A stretch of 63,147 bases of DNA, filler included, from Aduncisulcus paluster (GCA_024181965.1; 31 parts of 31 records of this genome joined end to end with filler, not necessarily neighbours in it), one strand, 5' to 3'. Counted from the first letter of the whole stretch, positions 1 through 12,348 are shown. The notes: generated by a model from the sequence alone, not told the origin. A program made the numbers and translations.

Positions 1-1263
1 GGTGCTCCGCGATCGCGGTGAGCGAATAGTTACCGACCGGGCTGTGCGGACCCATCAGCATGAAGAAGTTCGGAAAGCCCGGCAGGCCCACGCCCAGGTG
101 CGCCGTGGGACCCTCGGCCCAGTGCTCGTCGAGGGTCATGCCGTTGTGGCCCACGATATTCATCGGCCTCATGAAGGCGTGTGCGTCGAACCCGGTGGCC
201 AGCACGATGGCATCGACCTCGTGCACGCGGCCGTCGGACGTGACCACGCCCCGCTCGTCGATGTGGTCGATCGCGGTGTCGACAAGCGATACGTTGTCGC
301 GTTGCATCGCACGGTAGAAGCCCGCGGAGATCACCAGCCGACGACACATCGGCTGGTAGTCGGGGGTCAGCCTGCGCCGCAAGTCCGGATCCGCCACAGT
401 CCGCAGATTGGCCCGGCACAGTGCGGAGATCAGCCGTCGCTGCCATCCCGGGCGAACCAGCGCCGTGGCCAGAAACTCGAACACACTGAGATATCCGTGA
501 TAGGCCAGCGCATTGAGAACGGGCACTCTGCGGCGCACCGCGTCCAGTGGTTTGGAGTACGACGGGTTGGGGATGGGCACCACCCATTGGGCGCTGCGCT
601 GAAACAGCTTCAGCTCATCGGTCACNNNNNNNNNNNNNNNNNNNNNNNNNNNNNNNNNNNNNNNNNNNNNNNNNNNNNNNNNNNNNNNNNNNNNNNNNNN
701 NNNNNNNNNNNNNNNNNNNNNNNNNNNNNNNCGGTGCCGATCACAGCGACCCGCTTGCCTGCCGGGTCAAAGGAGTGATCCCATCGCGCGGAATGCATCA
801 CCGGGCCATGGAAGTCTTCCAGCCCGGCGATATCGGGATAGCGCGGCTCTCGCAGAATCCCGGTGGCCGCCACCAGGAAGTCGACGACGATTTCGTCGCC
901 ACGGTCGGTCCGCACGCACCACCTGCCGTCCTCGAAGCGCGCCTCGCTGACGGTGGTGCGGAACCGAATGTGGCGGCGAATATCCAAATCGGTTGCGATA
1001 TACCGGAAATAGCGATCGATCTCTGCACCCGGCGAGAAGAATTTGGACCAGTCCGGCTTGGGCGCGAAGGTGAATTGGTAGAAACGAGAGGGTATGTCAC
1101 AGCTCAGGCCCGGATAGGTATTGTCCCGCCAGGTGCCGCCGACCTCATCGGCCTTTTCGATGATGGTGATATCGGTAATCCCCGCGTGGCGCAGCATCGC
1201 CGCCATGCACAAGCCCGACATGCCGGCGCCGACTATGACTATCGAAGGTGACCGGCGCATCAT
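1..1263 (-). CDS. Baeyer-Villiger / flavin-containing monooxygenase (mycobacterial), 3'-truncated, spans an N-gap
   Basis: GAGMSG Rossmann motif, GGTWRDNTYPG, BVMO fingerprint FHGPVMHSARWD, second motif RVAVIGT. Hand translation of 625..1 continues FQRSAQW...LATGF...PNFFMLMGP. Confidence 0.92.
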
Positions 1264-2125
1264 GCTGCCCGCACATCCGCTTCGCGAATTGCGTTCCGCA
1301 GTCGCTTATTTCGGCCGAGAATCCCGTCGAGGTGATAGACCACCGTGCGCAGGTCGAGCAACAGTGGGACCCACCGCGGCGCGTACACGCGACGACTACG
1401 ACGGATGATGCCATCGACAATGGCCGCGCCCGCGACGCTGACGGGTGCGGCCTTGCCGATAAAGTCCGGAAGGGTGGACATGATGGCCCCCAGCCCGTGG
1501 TTTCCCGATATCGAGTTGCCGAGCTGAGTGTCGATCAAACCGAAATACGCGATTCCGACACCAACTCCACTGCCGGAAAGCTCTATTCGCAACGCGCGGG
1601 CCAGCGCCTCGACTCCCCACTTGGAGGCCATGTACGCGCTGAAGGTCGGTCCCGGCAGCNNNNNNNNNNNNNNNNNNNNGGCAGCGCTGCCGCCGCCGAG
1701 GCCACCACCATTGCATACCCGCGACGCCGTTCCAGATGCGGGATCGTGGCCTTCAGCGTGTGGAACACACCCAGCAGATTTACGTCGATCACCTGCTGCC
1801 ATTCCTTCGTTTCGACGGCGGCCACCGTCGCGATGGGGCCCGCGATTCCGGCGTTTGCGAGAACAATGTCGACGGCTCCGAAACGTTCGATCACCGCGTC
1901 GACAGCGCGCTGAAGTGACTGCGGTTCGGTGACGTCTGCGCCGAACCCCGCCACCCCCTGCCCCAACTCGGCGGCTAGCGCTTCGGCCCGAGCGCCGTCG
2001 CAGTCCAGCACTGCGACCGACGCTCCCCGCCGCGACAGCTGCCGCGCCACCTCGGCGCCGATGCCGTTCGCGCCGCCGGTGATCACCACCACCTTGCCGG
2101 GCACATTGTCTGAAGTTCTCGCCAT
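1260..2125 (-). CDS. Short-chain dehydrogenase/reductase
   Basis: TGGANGIG, NAGI and YMASK motifs. The two ORF halves join at a 20-N gap whose flanks duplicate GGCAGC. The stop overlaps the BVMO start. Confidence 0.9.
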
Positions 2126-2269
2126 CGCCTGAACGTATTGACGGCACAGGATCAGAAGAATGACTTCACCCGCCAATGACTTGATAAATTCGGACAGTGC
2201 CCAACGACGGTGCCCGCCCATTCTGGGACTACCCGCGTTCACCTACCGCGACCCGCAATCTGGTCGACG

Positions 2270-2369
2270 NNNNNNNNNNNNNNNNNNNNNNNNNNNNNNN
2301 NNNNNNNNNNNNNTTAATTAATTAANNNNNNNNNNNNNNNNNNNNNNNNNNNNNNNNNNNNNNNNNNNN
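2270..2369. other. Artificial scaffold spacer (N-run, TTAATTAATTAA, N-run), recurring about 30 times
   Basis: An identical all-frame-stop 12-mer between N-runs, with abrupt GC and taxon changes on either side. Confidence 0.98.
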
Positions 2370-3211
2370 ATCAAGCAAAAGTAGATGCTGCTATTGCATC
2401 TGTAGAGATGGCACAAGCTACTTTAAATAATGCCCAAAGAAATTGGTCAAGAATTAAAAAACTTTTTAAAAGTAAAGCTGTAAGTGTAGAAAGTCGTGAC
2501 ACTGCTCTTTCTACTTATGAAAATGCTTTAGCTTCACTTTCTATGTCAAAAGCAGTTTTAAAACAAGCTCAAATTGACTTGAACTATACAAATGTAAAAG
2601 CACCCATTTCAGGAATTGCTGGTGTTAAAAAAATTGATATAGGTAATTTGGTAAAAAGTGATGGAAGTTCAGCTTTGGTGAAAATCACCCAAAACAATCA
2701 AGTGTTTCTTGATTTTTCTATGCCTTTAAGTGATTATAAAAATATTCAAAGTGGGTTATGGTCACTCCCTTCTGATAATAAAATAGAGGTAAAAGTAACA
2801 CTCAATGGAAAAACTACACAAGAAAGTGGTGTGGTTGATTTTATTGATGCCGTAATTGATCAAAAAACTTCAACAGTTAAAATGCGAGCTATCATCGATA
2901 ATCCAAATAATACTTTGATACCTGGAAATTTTATACGAGTAACACTCAATGGTATAGTTCAAAAAAATGTTATAACTATTCCTCAGAAAGCACTTTTACA
3001 AAATCCTATGGGAACTATTGTATTTGTTGAAAATGATGGTGTAGCTTCAGTTAAGCCTGTGCAAATTGGGAAAGAAACTGGAAATAATTATGTAGTTGNN
3101 NNNNNNNNNNNNNNNNNNNNNNNNNNNNNNNNNNNNNNNNNNNNNNNNNNNNNNNNNNNNNNNNNNNNNNNNNNNNNNNCATTAACAGTAGACAAAATAA
3201 TCAACCAATAA
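2370..3211 (+). CDS. RND efflux periplasmic adaptor (AcrA/CmeA family), 5'-partial
   Basis: LNYTNVKAPISGIAG, TSTVKMRA and LIPGNFIRV; lies directly upstream of an RND permease. Confidence 0.92.
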
Positions 3212-3221
3212 AAGGAAATAG

Positions 3222-3921
3222 ATGTTTTCAAAATTTTTTATAAATAGACCAATATTTGCTACTGTATTGTCTATTTTGATCATTCTAGCAGGGCTTATCT
3301 CAATTAAGCTACTGCCTATTAAAGAGTACCCTGGAGTAACTCCACCACAAATAAATGTATCTGCTACTTATCCTGGTGCTGATGCAAAAACACTTTCAAG
3401 TACAGTTGCTACTGTGTTAGAAAATGCAATTAATGGTGTAGATAATATGATGTATATAACATCAACAGCTAGTCCAAGTGGAACTCTAAGTTTAAGTGTT
3501 GTTTTTGAAGTTGGTACTGATGTTTCACAAGCAAAAGTAGATGTAAATAACCGTGTACAGCTAGCTTTATCTTCACTTCCAAGTGAGGTTCAACGGCAAG
3601 GTATCAGTGTAAAAGAGAGATCACCTGACATGTTAAAAGTACTGGCTTTTACTTCAAAAGATCAAAAACACGATACAACATTTATATCAAATTATATTAC
3701 AGTTAATGTTCTAGATGATATAAAAAGAATTAAAGGAATTGGTGAGGCTACTGTATTTGGTGCAAAAGATTATGCTATACGAATTTGGGTAGATCCTGCT
3801 AAATTATCATTTTATGGTCTTACTTCAAATGATATAGATGATGCTATTAGTAGCCAAAACAATCAATATTCAACAGGAAGAGTTGGAAGTGAACCAATAA
3901 ATCAAATCACACCTTTTACAT
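3222..3921 (+). CDS. RND efflux permease (AcrB/CmeB family), 3'-partial
   Basis: MFSKFFINRPIFATV, YPGADAK, VNNRVQLA and YAIRIWVDP. Confidence 0.95.
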
Positions 3922-4021
3922 NNNNNNNNNNNNNNNNNNNNNNNNNNNNNNNNNNNNNNNNNNNNTTAATTAATTAANNNNNNNNNNNNNNNNNNNNNNN
4001 NNNNNNNNNNNNNNNNNNNNN

Positions 4022-5741
4022 GAACACATGGGAAAGGAATGCCATCAATAAGAACAAGAAGAACCTCTCCGAACCCACCACTGCCAATGATGCACTGTGA
4101 AGTCAGCGTGGATGCAGATGTCAGGGTTAGCGAGTCGTGCTTGGAGTTAGACTTGGGCTTGCCATCCTTGGGGTTATGTTTCTTTTTCTCCTTATGTTTC
4201 TTCTGTTTGGTGTCTTTTGGTCTTGGATCCTTATCATTTCCTTTAATAACAACTTCTTTCACAGGTTTTGAAGCCAAAGACAAAGTTGATGTGGGTGTCT
4301 TGGAGGAACTGGAAGGAACAGGAACAGGAGGAAGAAGAGGATGAGGAGAGGTGGGAATATCATCACCTCGAAGGAAAACAAGGGAGTAGATCCAGAACCA
4401 TCGACTATTCTTCCACTTCCACGTTCCTTTCCCTTCAATCTCACACAATACAACGTTATGCAAATCAATAGGAAGGAAGTGACATTCATATAAATGTTTA
4501 GATCTTGTGAATTCATACTTCTTGGATGTCTTCTTACCATCACAATCAGTGAAAGTGAAGAGAAGAGAAGGTGAACTGTAATTCTTACTCACACAGATAT
4601 AAGCACCTTTCATAGGACTAGGTGATGGGAAAGGGATGGAAAGATGGGATAACCATACACCACATTCCCCTTTTAACATTCCTTGTGCATTTAGACTCTG
4701 ATCATACTCCCTAGATTCCTTACTATCCAAATCATCCTTGCACTTAACCATTGAGAATGAAGGATCAACAAGCTTTGGATCATCTCGTGGAATGGGAATA
4801 GTTTTCTATCAAAAGATCCAAAGCCATCTTTTATACCACCCACCTTAACAAACTCTGGTTTCACAACTGGAGTTTCAGACCATAGTTTCTCTTTAGCTTC
4901 ACGAGATTTGATTTCTTCAGGAGTTTCTTCTCTACCAATGAAAACAAGGGAGATGATTCTAAAATACTTGCTATATATTCCTTTCCCTGTAATCTCACAC
5001 AGAACAACATCAGGGAGATCAACAGGAAGGAAATGCCAATGAAAACCTTCAAATCCAGGAAACTCGTATTTTTTGGATGTTTTATCACCCTTTGAAGATG
5101 TGAGAGTGAAGATAAGGTGTGATGGAGGTGAAGAATAAGATCTACCATCAAGACAGATATAAACACCTTTCATTGGGGAAGATGAAGAGAAAGGAATGGA
5201 GATATGGGTAAAATATCCATCATTACACTCTCCTTTCATCATCTTTTGTGCTTCAAAACTCTGATCGTACTCACATCACCTTCTTCCTCAGTTCCATCTA
5301 TTGCTTCGATAGTTGGAAACTCCCCACTCTTAACATTGGGGGAATCTCTAGGAATTGGACAGCAAAGTTCATCTCCTTTATGAACAAACTCAGGTTCCAC
5401 AGTTTGAATAACAGCATCTGTGGATGAACTCATTTGAAAAGTGTCTTCTTCTCCTTTGACAGGTTTTGATGGCAAAGACAAAGTCGATGTGGGTGTCTTG
5501 GAGGAACTGGAAGGAACAGGAACAGGAGTAAGAAGAGGAGGAGAGGTGGGAATGTCATCGCCTCGAAGGAAAACAAGGGAGTAGATGCAGAAATATCGAC
5601 AATTCTTCACATCCCACCTTCCTTTCCCTTCAATCTCACACAATACAACATTATCCAAATCAATAGCAAGGAAATGCCATTCGAATCTATGTTTAGGTTG
5701 TGTGAATTCATACTTCTTGTTTATCTTCTTACCATCACAAT
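4022..5741 (-). CDS. Eukaryotic tandem-module protein ending in a protein-kinase N-lobe; two frameshifts; partial
   Basis: Three copies (one partial) of a module with PIPRD, YDQS..AQ.M.KGE, SIPF..PMKG.YIC, KKYEF and VVLCEI.GKG, followed by IIGSGGFGEVLLV. Frame breaks near 5272 and 4805. Confidence 0.75.
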
Positions 5742-5841
5742 NNNNNNNNNNNNNNNNNNNNNNNNNNNNNNNNNNNNNNNNNNNNTTAATTAATTAANNN
5801 NNNNNNNNNNNNNNNNNNNNNNNNNNNNNNNNNNNNNNNNN

Positions 5842-6079
5842 GACCGGCCCGCGACGCCGACGCCACCGGTGCGAGTGGTTCGGGATAACGCACCAGTGTC
5901 TGGACCCGCCGCACACCGGACAACCGCGCTACCTCATCAGCGTCACGGTCGTCACCGGTCTGCACCGGCTTGCATACCGTCACGTCGATGCCCTGACTGA
6001 CGGCCGCCGCGGCCAGGGCCGCCGTCGCCACCGTCTTTCCCACCCCGGTCGATGTTCCGGTGACCAGGAGGATCGTCAC
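5842..6079 (-). CDS. bioD: Dethiobiotin synthase, 3'-partial
   Basis: [12 protein letters not shown]-loop and CKPVQTG; follows bioF with overlap. Confidence 0.95.
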
Positions 6080-7301
6080 TGGCGGGCCAGCGCCAACACG
6101 CCGGCGAGCACCTCACGCACGCGATCCAGATCTGCCTCGGTGAGGGAGGCGCGGGCCGTCAGACGCAGCAGGGATTGCCCCTCGGGGACTGACGGCGGGC
6201 GGAAACAGCCCACCCGGACACCCTGCTCCAGGCATGCCTTGGCGGCGTTGAACGCGACTGTGGGATCCCCGAGGATCACCGGCACCACCGCCGATTCCGG
6301 TTTCTCCGCCACACCGCACCACTGCCCCAGCGCCGCCGCGTGATCAAGGACCGCACGCACGCGTTCCGGTTCGACGGCCAGCAGACGGAGCGCCGCCAAG
6401 GCCGAACCGGCCGCGGCGGGAGCGAGACCGGTGTCGAAGATGAATGGACGTGCGGCGTCAATGAGGTGCGCACGAACTGCCTCGGAACCCAAGACGGCNN
6501 NNNNNNNNNNNNNNNNNNNNNNNNNNNNNNNNNNNNNNNNNNNNNNNNNNNNNNNNNNNNNNNNNNNNNNNNNNNNNNNNNNNNNNNNNNNNNNNNNNNN
6601 NNNNNNNNNNNNNNNNNNNNNNNNNNNNNNNNNNNNNNNNNNNNNCCGACTTCGGAGACCAGACCACGGCCACCCGGTCCGCGCACACCAAGTCCGTGCG
6701 CCTCATCGACCAGCAGTACCGCGCTGTGGTCGCGGCACACCGCGTACAGCTCGGTCAGCGGTGCGAGCGCACCGTCAGCGCTGAAGACCGCGTCGGTGAG
6801 CACCAGGGCGCGTTCCTCGGGGCGTTGCGCCAGGGCCGCCGCTACTGCCTGTGTGTCGCGGTAGGGCGTCACGACAACGCGCGCCCGCGAGAGGCGGCAC
6901 GCGTCGATGAGCGAGGCGTGGGTCCGCGCGTCGGAGACGATGAGCGTACCGGGACCGGAAAGCGCCACGACCGCACCGAGATTGGCGGTATATCCCGAGG
7001 AGAACACCAACGCCGACTGCGCGCCCATGAAGGTCGCGAGTTCACGCTCCAGCTCTTCATGCAGCTCGGTATTGCCGGTGACCAGGCGCGAGCCGGTAGA
7101 TCCGGCACCCCAGATGCGTAGGGCCTCGACACCGGCCTCGATGACCTGTGGATGACGGGACAGGCCCAAGTAGTCGTTGGATGCCAGATCGATCTCGGGC
7201 TCGGCAGCGCTGCGCGTACGCAGCCGACGACGGAGTCCGGCGACTTCCCGTTGCCGCTCGACCTCACCCAACCAGGCAAGCGGTGATGATGCGTCGGTCA
7301 C
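6076..7301 (-). CDS. bioF: 8-amino-7-oxononanoate synthase (spans an N-gap)
   Basis: [28 protein letters not shown] and RPPSVP..LRLT. Confidence 0.95.
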
Positions 7302-7331
7302 CGGCGCCTCCTCTCCTGAACGGTGTTCAGG

Positions 7332-7527
7332 TTAGCGCACCGAAGAGGCGGCTCCTACCGCCGCCGCGGCGCGCACCATCGCCTGGGTGATTCGGCGGAT
7401 TTCCTCGTCATCGCAGATGTACGGCGGCATCGCGTAGATCAATGTCCGGAAGGGACGCAGCCACACACCCTCATCGAGTGCCGTATCGGTGGCGATCCGC
7501 ATGCCCTCCGGCCCCAAGGGCTGCTCC
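7332..7527 (-). CDS. bioA: DAPA aminotransferase C-terminus
   Basis: GVWLRPFRTLIYAMPPYIC; mycobacterial bioA-bioF-bioD order. Confidence 0.9.
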
Positions 7528-7627
7528 NNNNNNNNNNNNNNNNNNNNNNNNNNNNNNNNNNNNNNNNNNNNTTAATTAATTAANNNNNNNNNNNNNNNNN
7601 NNNNNNNNNNNNNNNNNNNNNNNNNNN

Positions 7628-8304
7628 TAAAAAATGGCATCAAAATAAGATAACGACAATTGAAAAGGTTGTTAAATTGATGAGGAGGAATCGTAAGCAC
7701 CTGCTTGAATGTGGAATGTCAGGAACAGCTCTATGTCAACACATATTTCCAGCCCATTTCCATCATTTAATGATGTGGTATGGAACAATACAAAACATTG
7801 ACACAGATCTCGATGAACGTCTTAATGGATTTATAACTCCTTATTCTACATCTCATTCTTCCAAATCACTAAAATCTTTGGGTATCAATGTTCAAAATGC
7901 CTTGAGAGATGTTATTCCTACTGTATTCGAACAATTAGGACCAAGGGATCAATTATGGAGGCCTTCTAAAGGAGTATGGTGTGCTGTAAAAGATGCAAAT
8001 GGCGATTTTTTCTTTGTAAAGATAATAGAACGCTCAGATCTCCCTGCTACTGTCTCAAGTCAAAATTTTACAAGATATTGTGAATTAAAACAACAATATC
8101 CAGATCATTCTTTTTTTTTTTGTTCAATATTTCAAACCTATTGAGGTTGAAGAGATTACACATGATGTATTGCTGGATGTTTGGGAAGAATCAGAAGATG
8201 ATTCATACTCAGTTGAAGCACAGGGTAGTTTATGGGCAGAAGTTAGAGTATTTGAAAATAGATTACTTCGTTATCATCCATTGAACCAATTCTACTTTCA
8301 GTGA
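7628..8304 (+). mobile_element. Possible C-terminal part of a CACTA/Mirage-like DNA transposase (eukaryotic), frameshifted at a T11 run
   Basis: PAHFHHLMMWYGTIQNIDTDLDERLNG resembles the H...(F/Y)G...FER.N motif of this transposase group. After the T-run at 8111-8121 a frame stays open to TGA at 8304. Short GACTAG repeats follow. Confidence 0.4.
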
Positions 8305-8745
8305 AATGGATATAACATATTTTTTTGAAAATTTGTAAAATAAATACTATTTATAGAACTATGGTAATACTAAAGAGTACTACTGTTAGACTAGTGACTA
8401 GTCTTGAATTAGTCTTTTCCTTACTAAACACGAACTAAATTTTAATATAATTTTACTCCAAGACTAGAAACGGACTAGAATTCGCGACCATGTAAGAAAA
8501 AATTAGAGGAGAGGGGAGATGATATAAGGAGAGGAGTGAAGGTATTCAGTAGAGAAGAGGTGAGAATAGAGATAAGAGGATAGGGTGGGCAAAGAAAGAG
8601 CACAATACTTGTCTACATCCGACGACTACGAGCATATCTTACTGANNNNNNNNNNNNNNNNNNNNNNNNNNNNNNNNNNNNNNNNNNNNTTAATTAATTA
8701 ANNNNNNNNNNNNNNNNNNNNNNNNNNNNNNNNNNNNNNNNNNNN

Positions 8746-9829
8746 TACCTCGAAAAATCAATCTCTCAAGCCAAATTTAGCGTTGCTGCTATGACCAAAT
8801 CACTTTTCTTCTTACCCAAAAAGGCTCCTGGTACTTTCAGACCAGTTGTTCCTGGTGAGGGTCTTGGCAAGCTAGTTGCAAATGGGCTAAAGGAGTTGAT
8901 CATGCCTGCTGCCAAAGAGATTCTGGGTGATTTCCTACAACTTGGAGTTATGTTCTCCGGTGGAACCTCAGTAGCTATTCATTCTGCTCTCATTGCACGT
9001 GAGGTTGTGAGGCGTCGAGAGGGGAAGGAAATGTTTCTTGCTCTTCTTGACTTCTCAAATGCCTTCAACAGTGTGTCCGTTGAGGCAGTTTTGGCAGCTG
9101 TTAACCGTCTCAAAGTCTCATCCACAATTAAAAAGGCTTTGCTAACTTATCTGCAGAGCATTCAAATCGTTCATGATGGTAAGGCCTTTGCCCTGTTGCG
9201 GGGTCTTTGCCAAGGTGATGTTCTTTCCTCGTTACTCTTTGCCGTCACTATCCATCCTCTTGTTGAGAAGCTTCATAAGGATTGGGGTATGTTGAAGCTA
9301 AAAACCAACGAGAGTGTGGAGGATTCCCCAACTATTGTGGAATTGCCACGCACGACATCTTATTTGGACGACATTTCTGTCATTGTGGACTCAGAAGATG
9401 ACTATAAAAAGCTTCTCAGTTTTGTTGAAGTGAATGCCACACAGTTTGGTCTTGAGCTTAATGCTGACAAGTCCAAATGTCTCCCACTTCACAAACCCCC
9501 CGGCGTTGAGCACATTGTTAAATTTATGGGAATCTCGCTGTCCAATTGTGACAAATTGATGCGCAGGGCAGCTAAAGAGGAACTGAATGATATCCATGCT
9601 AATGCCATCAAGGGCAAGAAAGGCTTTGACCTCCAGAACTTCCTTGAAGTAATGAGGACAGTCGTTCTTCCCAGATACTCTCATCAAGTCTTGTTCGCCC
9701 CTGTGAAGGAGAGCTTCCTTAAGAATCTTGATAAAGGAATAGCCTCTCTTTTCAAGGACATGATTGAAATACCTGTGGTCTCTACCACCAGGATGTCCTT
9801 ACCTTTCAAACATGCTGGCCTCAATATGA
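8746..9829 (+). mobile_element. Non-LTR retrotransposon reverse transcriptase, CRE-like clade, partial
   Basis: LPKK...FRPVVPGE, QLGV..GG...IH, LLDFSNAFNSV, GLCQGDVLSSLLF, YLDD and LPFKHAGL. Confidence 0.88.
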
Positions 9830-9929
9830 NNNNNNNNNNNNNNNNNNNNNNNNNNNNNNNNNNNNNNNNNNNNTTAATTAATTAANNNNNNNNNNNNNNN
9901 NNNNNNNNNNNNNNNNNNNNNNNNNNNNN

Positions 9930-10747
9930 ATCATGTTTTGCATAAATTTATCCATTTTATTTTCTTTTGACCAAATCGGTTTTTCTACTTTTGTTAAATC
10001 AACAAGAACTCTTTTTGCTGTTGATATCGTAGCTACTTCATCAATGAGTCCTACTTTTTTTGCTTGGTTAGATGTGAAAATATGTGCATCTGCATAAAGT
10101 GTATGATCTTCTTTTTTTAAATTTCTTGCATCTGCTACATCAGATACAAACATATCATAAGTATCTTGTGTTACTTTTTCTAACTCTTTTCTCTCATCAT
10201 CTGTCCATTGTCTTGTAGGTGTACCTGATTCTTTGTATTTACCAACTTTTACAGTTTGCGTTTTTATACCTATTTTTGACATAAGTTCACTCGCATCAGC
10301 ACTTTGCATAATCACTCCAATGCTTCCAATCATACTTCCTGGGTTTGCGATAATTTTATCTGCCCAAATTGAAGCATAGTAACTTCCACTTGCCATAATT
10401 CCACTAGCATAAGCAACAACTGGTTTACTCTCTTTTAGCTCTTTAATTGCATAAGCTAGCTCAACAGAGGGTGCAACTGCACCACCAGGAGAATTGACTT
10501 TGAGTANNNNNNNNNNNNNNNNNNNNNTATCAAATTTTGCAGTTTCGATTTTTTCTAAAACTTCATCAACAACCATAATTGGGCCGTTAAGTTCTATTAT
10601 TTGTAAGTTTGCTGTTTCTAGATTTTTTGTATCTGTATTTGCAAATACAAAATATAAAATAGTTAGAAATAGAAATGTTTTAAAATTTCTTTGGATAAAA
10701 GTAATTGGTGCTGTGATTGGATAAAATAATTTACTTATTAAGTTCAT
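9930..10747 (-). CDS. sppA: Signal peptide peptidase SppA (S49), 3'-partial
   Basis: VNSPGG, MASGSYYAS, IGSIGVI and GKYKESG. Confidence 0.95.
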
Positions 10748-11071
10748 CTGTTCCCTTTATATATGTTCTTTTTGTTTGTGTTGTATGTAATATTATAGCT
10801 GTTGCTAAATCATCTTTATTGTTACATTTGTCTGGAAGATTAAAAGAGATAATATCTGCGTCAAAACCTTTGCTGAGGATTCCTGTATTGAGCCCTAAAG
10901 CTTTAGCACCACCTTGTGTTGCTGCTGTTAATAATTTTGTTGCTAATTGATTTGTATCTAGATTTGTGTGCATAAAAAATGCATTTTTAATCTCTTCAAA
11001 CATATTTAATGTATTGTTTGAACTCAATCCATCTGTTCCCATCGCTAATGGGATATCATTTAAATAGCTTA
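10731..11071 (-). CDS. Amidohydrolase C-terminus, probably aminofutalosine deaminase (MqnF-like)
   Basis: GTDGLSSN, ATQGGAKALG and GFDADI; adjacency to sppA is typical of Campylobacterota. Confidence 0.75.
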
Positions 11072-11171
11072 NNNNNNNNNNNNNNNNNNNNNNNNNNNNN
11101 NNNNNNNNNNNNNNNTTAATTAATTAANNNNNNNNNNNNNNNNNNNNNNNNNNNNNNNNNNNNNNNNNNNN

Positions 11172-11481
11172 TGAGACAGGCTTGGTGTTCAAAAGAACTC
11201 GAAACACATTGATACATTAATATATCTCACTGCCTTAACGAACAACACAACCTATTCAACTCCTTCATCTCTTTGACTCTCACAATAAGTCACTTTCGAT
11301 CAGAAAGTCTGACCCTATTGAGACAGGCTTGGTGTTCAAAAGAACTCGAAACACATTGATACATTAATATATCTCACTGCCTTAACGAACAACACAACCT
11401 ATTCAACTCCTTCATCTCTTTGACTCTCACAATAAGTCACTTTCGATCAGAAAGTCTGACCCTATTGAGACAGGCTTGGTG
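11172..11481. repeat. 147-bp tandem repeat, two identical copies plus 16 bp
   Basis: TGAGACAGGCTTGGTG starts at 11172, 11319 and 11466. Confidence 0.95.
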
Positions 11482-12085
11482 ACCAAATTCAAAACACTAT
11501 TCCATTATTTCTATGTCAAATAACACTATTCTCTCTATACTATACTGATTGACATTTCAATGCTTAACAACACTATTTCTATTGCTATCTATCTTATCTT
11601 AAATTAAAATTAGTGTTAACAAACACTATTTTTTTAATAATATTTATTTTTTTTCCCAAAACAAAAACAAAAACAAAAAAAAAAAAACATTCCATCAACA
11701 TTCTACTTTATTTCATTTTATTCTATAATCTCATCTTTATATATTCTTCCTCTATCATTCACCAACTCTGTATGACTTTCTTCCTTCCTATGGTATACGA
11801 CCTATACTGACGTCTTCTCTCTCCTTCGAACCACCAACGTCCTTCTTAAGAAAAGCACCTTCGCTCTGCCAAGTATTGTTGAAATTGGATGTGAAGAGGA
11901 GGAGAGAAAAGACCTCTCAACCCCAATATTGGGCTGTGTGCCTCGACCTCGCCTCAAGAGCTTTTGCTCTAGGCCGGTTTATTTTGTTCAACAAACTAAT
12001 AAATTGTTCCTATACTATATACTGTACTATACTACTATATACTATACTATACTGTACTACTACTGTACTATACTATACTGTACTA

Positions 12086-12248
12086 TATATTATTCTTTGT
12101 GACTATATTATTCTTTGTGACTATATTATTCTTTGTGACTATATTATTCTTTGTGACTATATTATTCTTTGTGACTATATTATTCTTTGTGACTATATTA
12201 TTCTTTGTGACTATATTATTCTTTGTGACTATATTATTCTTTGTGACT
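12086..12248. repeat. 18-bp minisatellite (TATATTATTCTTTGTGAC) x9 running into the scaffold end, preceded by a TACTA/TACTG microsatellite
   Basis: Perfect tandem copies read directly from the sequence. Confidence 0.97.
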
Positions 12249-12348
12249 NNNNNNNNNNNNNNNNNNNNNNNNNNNNNNNNNNNNNNNNNNNNTTAATTAA
12301 TTAANNNNNNNNNNNNNNNNNNNNNNNNNNNNNNNNNNNNNNNNNNNN

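Noticed and set aside
2314-2325. Recurrent TTAATTAATTAA motif and the many ORFs ending in LIN
   Set aside because: It is a synthetic scaffold spacer. Adjacency across it carries no biological meaning, including apparent bacteria-eukaryote junctions.
8111-8121. Programmed frameshifting here and near 4805, 45100 and 56280
   Set aside because: All fall in homopolymer or microsatellite runs in unrelated genes, so indel error or decay is simpler.
12086-12248. CDYIIL / TILFFV repeat ORFs
   Set aside because: These are translations of a perfect 18-bp minisatellite, with no evidence of coding and no spacers.
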